Of a stretch of DNA of 64,000 bases, positions 58,321 through 64,000 are shown in pieces; position 1 is the first letter of the stretch, and each line of letters opens with the position of its first letter. The translations under genes were made by a program, and so were the position numbers. A model generated the notes under the pieces. It was not told the DNA's origin, ran no database searches, and was given only the letters and a program-made list of their open reading frames with translations. The DNA lies in the NCBI GenBank assembly GCA_034437255.1, contig DAOTUH010000126.1, positions 19,198-83,197 on the forward strand, given 5' to 3'. Source of the DNA: Anaerolineae bacterium (GTDB taxonomy: Bacteria > Chloroflexota > Anaerolineae > B4-G1 > SLSP01).

Positions 58321-58509
58321 GAAGCGGAGGGTGTATAAGGCTAACGTAAAGAAACTTTTACGGACGTACTTAGTAATTCAGTTCTCCCAGGAGAGCCAAA
58401 GATTAGGCTCAATCAGGCTGGTAAGTAACTTATCCCAACCCTCCGGCTCATCGTCTTACTTGTCACCAGTATCCCAAAGTCACGATCACAAAGCTGAAAC
58501 GAGGCACCG

Positions 58510-61500
58510 ATGAAGCAAAGGGACCCTGTCCCCGATAATCGAGAGCTGCTGACGGCCTTACGCAACTATTTACCCCCGTCACTCGCACAGTGCAAACTCC
58601 AGGCCGGCGCGCAGGACCTACCCCTCGCTTGCGTGCAGCACCTGGATGCGCTGCTGCGCACCATCGCCACGTACCTGCCCCGCCAGGTGGTCGAGCCGCT
58701 GCTGATTGATCCGCGGCTGGGCCGCGCCGAGGGCGGCTTTGTCCACGGCACGGTGATGTTCGCCGATATCTCCGGCTTCACGCCGCTCTCCGAGACGCTG
58801 TCGAAGTTGGGCAAGGCCGGCGCCGAGGAGATCACGAACATCGTCAACCATTTCTTCACCGAGCTCATCGCCGTCGCCGAGCAGTACGGCGGCGATCTAT
58901 TTAAGTTCGGCGGGGACGCACTGTTGCTCTTCTTCGGCGGCGAAGCCCACGAGTTGCGCGCCTGCTGGGCCGCGCTGCACATGCAGGAGACCATGGCGCA
59001 ATTCCGGGAGACGGTCACCTCGCAGGGTGTCTTCAAGCTGCAAATGAGCGTGGGCATCGGCACCGGCCCGCTGTTTATGGCCAACCTCGGCTCGGACGAA
59101 GGCATGGAGTTCGCCGTCATGGGCCAGACGATGACGCAGATGGCCCAGGCGGAGCACTACGCTTCGGCCGGCGAGATCTTCGTTGATACAGAGACGTATC
59201 ACGCCCTCGCCGGTCAGGCTAACGTTCAAACGCCGGGACCCCGAAAGGGCGAAATGCCAGAAGGCTTCTACCAGCTGCTGGGATTCAAGAAAGGACGGCC
59301 CGATCCGACAGGCATGGTGGCCGTGACGCTGCCGTTTCCCGCGTTACCTCAAGACAACACGCTGGCATGGGCCAGAGAAGCGGTGCGGCGCATTCAGGCC
59401 CTGGCGCTTTTTCTGCCGCCCGGCCTGCTGGATCGCATCAAGCTGGAGCCGGAGCGCGTCGTCATTGGCGGCGAGTATCGCCCGGTGACGATCTTCTTCG
59501 CCAATTTCTACGGCATCAACGAGATCATCGCGCGGCTGGGGCCGGAGCGCAGCGCCGAGATCACGGCGATTCTCAACACGCACTTCACCAAGATGCGCCG
59601 GATCATCGACAAGTACGGGGGCGTGGTCAACAAGGTCAACACCTACGTCGTGGGGCACAGCATTATGGCGCTCTTTGGTGCGCCCCGCGCCCACATCGAC
59701 GATCCGGAGCGGGCCGTGCGCGCCGCACTGGAGATGCAGGCGGCCATGGCGGCCTTCACGAACCTGGAGACCTCGGAGGGCACCTTCTCGCTTAAGCAGC
59801 GCATCGGCGTGAACACCGGCCTCGTCTTCGCCGGAAACGTCGGCTCGCCCACGCGCCAGGAGTATTCCGTGATGGGCGACGAAGTCAACCTTTCTTGCCG
59901 CCTGATGGGCGTCTCCGAGGAAGGACAGGTGCTCATCAGCCTGCATACCGCACGCCAGACGGGCAGCACCCTGCTCTTACAGTCGCAGCCTCCGGTCAAG
60001 GTCAAGGGGAAGTCGCAGTTCATCTCTGTTTACGAAGCGGAGGGGGTGCGAGAGCAGCGCGCCCACGAGCGGCGTCCCTTGGTCGGGCGGGAGATGACGT
60101 GGGCTACGATTCATGACTTGAGCGAGCAGGCGCTGGCCGGGGAGACACGGATCTTGACCCTGGTGGGCAACGTCGGCCTGGGCAAGTCGCGGCTTCTGGC
60201 GGAGCTGGCAGTCCACTGGCTGGAGGAGCATGGCGCATTGAGCGTCGAGACCGCCTGCCCGTCCTTTGGTCGCCACACGCCCTACCTACCCTGGCGTAAT
60301 TTACTTCGCCCCCTCTTCGGCCTGGAGGCTAACGACACCCCAGCAGAGAAGCTGGAAAAAATCGATGCGTGCCTCACGGACATCGATCCGACGTGGAGCG
60401 ATTGGACCGTGTTGATGGCACGACTGCTGGGCATGGAGATCAAGGAGACGGACCTGGTGCGGGCCCTCGACGCGCAGACCCGGCAACGGTTGATCTTCCG
60501 CGTGGTAGCCGGGCTGGTGGATCACGTCGCTGCCCGGCAGCCGCTGCTGCTGATCATCGACGACCTCCAGTGGGCCGACGATACCTCGGTGGCTCTGGTC
60601 AATCACGTGGCACACGAGGTGACGGGACGCCCGCTGCTGCTGGCGCTGGCGTATCGCCCCGATGACAGTCTGGCCCTGGAGGTCGCGGATCTGCCGCATC
60701 AGGCCCACGTCCAGCTGGATGGGCTCTCGGAGGACGCGGCGCTGCAGCTGCTGGACACCCTGCTCCCCACGACGCCGCAGATGCCGACCCGGCTCAAATC
60801 CCTGATCCTGCGCAACGCCCAGGGCAATCCGCTCTTTATCGAGAAGATGGCCCACACCCTTATCGAGAGCTACCTGACGCTCGATGAGGAGAGCGGCACC
60901 TATCGCGCCCGGGAGGACCTGGAGCAGATCGAAGTCCCAGAGACGATCAACCGTGTGATCATGAGCCGCATGGATCGCCTGGACGAGAGCAGCCGCAACG
61001 TGTTGAAAGTGGCCTCTGTCATCGGCAAGGAGTTCAAGCACTGGCTGTTGAACGAAATCTACCCCTATCGGCACGCCGAAGGAGAACTCCAAGAGCGGCT
61101 AGATCGGCTCTCAGAGCGCGACATCCTGGAGGGGCCCCACTCTGAACTGCTTTATTTATTCCGCCACATCCTGACCCGCGAAGTTGCCTACGAAAGCCTG
61201 CTCTACGCCGACCGGCGCCAGCTGCATCGCAACATCGGCACGTCCATCGAGCGGCAGCGTGCCGGTCGGTTAGCAGAGTACTGGGAGGTGCTGGCCTATC
61301 ACTTCGGCCTGGCTGAAGAATGGAGCAAAACCCTGGACTATCGTCTCAAAGCCGCGCACAAGGCCCAGGAGATCTACGCCAACGAGGACGCCCTGCACCA
61401 CTATCGCGCCGCGTTGAAGGCAGCGGACAAGGTGACGGAGAGTGCTGCCTCCCGGCTGGAGGCCCACGAAGGCCTGGGCGAGGTGCTGGATACGCTGGGC

Positions 61501-62757
61501 GAGTACGATGAAGCGTTGGCGCACCTTGAACAGGCGCGGGCGCTGGTGGGCGAGGCTGGATTTGAGGAAGAAACGGCAGCACGTCGGCTGGCGGATCTGT
61601 GTCGGAAGACGGCGGCGGTTTATGAGAAGCAAAGCAAGTACGATACGGCATTTGAGTGGTTACAACAGGGACTTGCTCAATTAGACAGATTAGAAACAAT
61701 TGAAACAGCACGTATCTGTTTATTGGGAGCAGGAGTCTACAGAAGACAAGGAAATAACGACAAAGCGATTACCTGGTGTCAAAAAAGCCAACATGTGGCT
61801 TCTCAGATTCATACTCGAGAGAGTCAGCAAGTTATAGCACATGCCTACTATAACCTTGGTGGGATTTATACACGGCTAGGCGACTTGACTCGTGCAGAGT
61901 GGTTCTGCAAAGAAAGCATAAAAGTTTATCGAGGGATTGAGGGCCTCGTTGGATTATCACAAGCATATCTTAATCTAGCCAACGTGTATTTGGATAGAGC
62001 AGACGAAGGAGATTGGGTAAGAGGTACAGAATACTACCTACAAGCTTTGGAGATCAAGCGCAAAATCGGCGATGTTTATGGTCAAGCCATGATCACACTT
62101 AACCTAGGACAAGCTTACTTAGAACAAGGTTCTCTTGAACAAGCCTCTAGCTACAACGAACAAAGCCTGGAAGTGTGGCAAGATCTGGGGTCACCTTACA
62201 TGATTGCTGTGCTCAACAACAATATGGCAGCTGTAAATCTACGTCGCGGCTATCCTGAAAGAGCACTGAGACTTCTCCAAAAGAGCCTGGAAACCTTCAA
62301 ACAAATAGAGTCTTTTGACATTCTCCCCGAAATATACCGGCACCAAGCCATAGCTTATCTACTACAAAACAGATTCGATAAAGCGTTGAGATCTTGCCAA
62401 TCTTCTCTCAGGCTAGCTCAAGATCAAGAAATGCAACTGGAAGAAGGTGCCACTCGCCGGGTATTGGGACAAATCTATCTGGCCCAGGGCGAGCTCGCTA
62501 AAGCAAAACGAGAGCTCCAACAAAGCCTACACATTTTAGAGGAACTCAACAGTCGTTACGAAATCGGCAAGACGCACTTCCAGCTGGCACGATTGTACCA
62601 GGCGTTGGGGGAACAGGATTTTCTGGAGGTGTACGTGGATAAGGCCCAGACGATTTTCGAGGACCTGGGCGCGCGCCTGGATCTTGAAGAGGCCCGCACG
62701 CTGCGTGAAGAGATGGCCCAATCATCAGTGGATAAAGAAACAGAGGAAAAGGAGTGA
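58510..62757 (+). CDS. Adenylate/guanylate cyclase (two class III cyclase domains) - AAA/STAND ATPase - TPR repeats
   Basis: FADISGFTPLSE and FANFYGINEI cyclase motifs. LTLVGNVGLGKSRL Walker A. LLIIDDLQWAD Walker B. Multiple C-terminal TPR-like repeats. Confidence 0.9.
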   Translation: MKQRDPVPDNRELLTALRNYLPPSLAQCKLQAGAQDLPLACVQHLDALLRTIATYLPRQVVEPLLIDPRLGRAEGGFVHGTVMFADISGFTPLSETLSKLGKAGAEEITNIVNHFFTELIAVAEQYGGDLFKFGGDALLLFFGGEAHELRACWAALHMQETMAQFRETVTSQGVFKLQMSVGIGTGPLFMANLGSDEGMEFAVMGQTMTQMAQAEHYASAGEIFVDTETYHALAGQANVQTPGPRKGEMPEGFYQLLGFKKGRPDPTGMVAVTLPFPALPQDNTLAWAREAVRRIQALALFLPPGLLDRIKLEPERVVIGGEYRPVTIFFANFYGINEIIARLGPERSAEITAILNTHFTKMRRIIDKYGGVVNKVNTYVVGHSIMALFGAPRAHIDDPERAVRAALEMQAAMAAFTNLETSEGTFSLKQRIGVNTGLVFAGNVGSPTRQEYSVMGDEVNLSCRLMGVSEEGQVLISLHTARQTGSTLLLQSQPPVKVKGKSQFISVYEAEGVREQRAHERRPLVGREMTWATIHDLSEQALAGETRILTLVGNVGLGKSRLLAELAVHWLEEHGALSVETACPSFGRHTPYLPWRNLLRPLFGLEANDTPAEKLEKIDACLTDIDPTWSDWTVLMARLLGMEIKETDLVRALDAQTRQRLIFRVVAGLVDHVAARQPLLLIIDDLQWADDTSVALVNHVAHEVTGRPLLLALAYRPDDSLALEVADLPHQAHVQLDGLSEDAALQLLDTLLPTTPQMPTRLKSLILRNAQGNPLFIEKMAHTLIESYLTLDEESGTYRAREDLEQIEVPETINRVIMSRMDRLDESSRNVLKVASVIGKEFKHWLLNEIYPYRHAEGELQERLDRLSERDILEGPHSELLYLFRHILTREVAYESLLYADRRQLHRNIGTSIERQRAGRLAEYWEVLAYHFGLAEEWSKTLDYRLKAAHKAQEIYANEDALHHYRAALKAADKVTESAASRLEAHEGLGEVLDTLGEYDEALAHLEQARALVGEAGFEEETAARRLADLCRKTAAVYEKQSKYDTAFEWLQQGLAQLDRLETIETARICLLGAGVYRRQGNNDKAITWCQKSQHVASQIHTRESQQVIAHAYYNLGGIYTRLGDLTRAEWFCKESIKVYRGIEGLVGLSQAYLNLANVYLDRADEGDWVRGTEYYLQALEIKRKIGDVYGQAMITLNLGQAYLEQGSLEQASSYNEQSLEVWQDLGSPYMIAVLNNNMAAVNLRRGYPERALRLLQKSLETFKQIESFDILPEIYRHQAIAYLLQNRFDKALRSCQSSLRLAQDQEMQLEEGATRRVLGQIYLAQGELAKAKRELQQSLHILEELNSRYEIGKTHFQLARLYQALGEQDFLEVYVDKAQTIFEDLGARLDLEEARTLREEMAQSSVDKETEEKE

Positions 62758-62762
62758 GGGAG

Positions 62763-64000
62763 ATGAAAAAGAGATGGATTTGGTTCAGCTTCGCACTGTT
62801 AACGGGTATGATTCTGTTACTGCCCTGGATATTTGGAGAGAGTCAATCGTCTGTTTCGGCGGCGCCCATTGAGCCCATGACGGGGGGTGAGGAGGCGCCG
62901 GATACAACGGTCTCGTCCACGTCGCATCCACAATCCACCGAGCGGCAGGTCTGCCCCAGCGGCTGCGCGTACGACTCTATTCAAGGCGCCGTCGACGCGG
63001 CCAATGATGGCGACATTATCAAAGTTGCCGAGGGTGTATATACGCACGCCCATCAAACCAAAGGCCTTACGCAGATCGTGTATCTCACCAAAAGTGTGAC
63101 TATCCGGGGCGGATATGATACAAGTTTCACCGAACCCCCTGACCCCTGGGCGCACCCCACAACGCTCGACGCGCATGGCTTAGGGCGCGTGCTCTACATA
63201 ATGGGTGACATCAGCACGACTATCGAAGGTCTGGAGATAACAGGCGGTGACGCCACTGGATTGGGAGGAGCAGAATATGATGCCGGTGGCGGTGTGTATG
63301 TCCTCAGCGCCACGGTCACGTTGAATCACAACAGCATCTACAGTAACACGGTAACCAGCCTTTCTGCCAAAGGGGGCGGGGTATATCTTCGCGCTGCCAC
63401 CAACGCGATATTGGAGAGCAACTCAGTTTATATGAACGTGATGACGAATACGGGGAGCAATGGCGGCGGTATAGCTATCCAAGATTGTCCAGGCATCTCG
63501 TTGAGTTGGAATAACGTCGAGGGAAATGTAGCGACTGAGTTTGGAGGTGGTGTCACGGTTGTAGGCGGATCAGGGACAACGTTGAACGATAACTTCGTTT
63601 ACAACAACATGGCTGCCTATGGGGGCGGCATCAACGTCGGTGCCCCGGACACTGTGCTCAGTCGAAACGACGTGCAACATAACCATGCAAGCGCCGATGG
63701 TGGAGGCATTTCATTGAGCGAGGGGAGCGACGGTGCCAAGGTCACCGGCAATCTGGTACATCACAACCACGCGAATCAACTGGGCGGCGGCCTCAAACTC
63801 CACGCGATTCAAGGGGTCACATTGGACAATAACGTTATTGTGGATAATACCTCCCTCGCTGATGGCAGTGGCCTCCATATTGGGGGAAGCGTTGTCGAAC
63901 TTTACCACAATACCCTCGCCCACAACGAAGGTTCCGGTGATGGAATTAATATCGTGCAGATCGGAATCGTAACACCCACGTATAGCCGCGTCGCATTGAC
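62763..64000 (+). CDS. Secreted right-handed parallel beta-helix repeat protein (3' partial, runs off window)
   Basis: GGAGTGAGGGAG SD then an ATG. Signal peptide MKKRWIWFSFALLTGMILLLPW. Repeated GGG(V/I)...N..(Y/V).N beta-helix turns. Open frame to the window end. Absent from the track because there is no stop in the window. Confidence 0.75.
   Translation, partial: MKKRWIWFSFALLTGMILLLPWIFGESQSSVSAAPIEPMTGGEEAPDTTVSSTSHPQSTERQVCPSGCAYDSIQGAVDAANDGDIIKVAEGVYTHAHQTKGLTQIVYLTKSVTIRGGYDTSFTEPPDPWAHPTTLDAHGLGRVLYIMGDISTTIEGLEITGGDATGLGGAEYDAGGGVYVLSATVTLNHNSIYSNTVTSLSAKGGGVYLRAATNAILESNSVYMNVMTNTGSNGGGIAIQDCPGISLSWNNVEGNVATEFGGGVTVVGGSGTTLNDNFVYNNMAAYGGGINVGAPDTVLSRNDVQHNHASADGGGISLSEGSDGAKVTGNLVHHNHANQLGGGLKLHAIQGVTLDNNVIVDNTSLADGSGLHIGGSVVELYHNTLAHNEGSGDGINIVQIGIVTPTYSRVAL

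Noticed and set aside
58251-58330. Possible tRNA or tmRNA-like gene suggested by GGTTCGCGATT
   Set aside because: No acceptor, D or anticodon stems can be drawn. The complementarity is between two hairpins and is not a cloverleaf.

Overview
This 64 kb window is GC-rich (about 65%) bacterial chromosomal DNA. The gene content (STAND-like NTPase with WD40 repeats, two BMP-type nucleoside ABC transporters, a tungsten aldehyde oxidoreductase) fits a Chloroflexota-like organism; no ribosomal RNA or tRNA gene was seen to test this. Ordinary genes: two BMP-family nucleoside ABC transporter operons, aldehyde ferredoxin oxidoreductase, iron-containing alcohol dehydrogenase, MFS transporters, ribonuclease Z, MurJ, inositol monophosphatase, GalE, an RsbV/RsbW/RsbU-type partner-switching module, and a large adenylate cyclase fused to an AAA ATPase and TPR repeats. 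Four regions stand out.

(1) 995-6229 (minus strand) is a RiPP-like or peptide-derived-cofactor cluster. It holds two paralogous radical-SAM/SPASM proteins with N-terminal PqqD-like RRE domains, one active and one lacking the CxxxCxxC motif, plus an SDR oxidoreductase and a GT1 glycosyltransferase. No precursor peptide was found.

(2) 11245-20186 (minus strand) is a tightly coupled operon of a CHAT-SIR2 fusion, a STAND-like NTPase with a TM helix and WD40 repeats, a caspase-like peptidase, and two small proteins. One small protein shares a domain with the peptidase. The operon looks like a STAND-NTPase-dependent conflict or defence system. A (TGTTGCG)x8 microsatellite sits upstream, and a multidomain M23-SH3b-glycoside hydrolase lysin sits downstream.

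(3) 35670-39042 (plus strand) is a low-GC three-gene island: a HEPN-like protein, a KGGVGR ParA-like ATPase and a P-loop NTPase, inserted between a transporter operon and a thioesterase gene.

(4) Several non-coding repeat families occur. A ~150-nt structured element is present four times, twice in the 5' leaders of nucleoside-transporter genes. A ~72-nt element with a conserved 11-codon mini-ORF lies at both ends of the window. A GC-rich ~95-nt element occurs twice. Two tandem arrays share a GGTGGG(G)ACACCGGCC hairpin core. A HicAB-like toxin-antitoxin pair lies in an AT-rich patch. The TPR-coding part of the cyclase gene shows a marked intragenic GC drop. No CRISPR array, rRNA or tRNA was detected.
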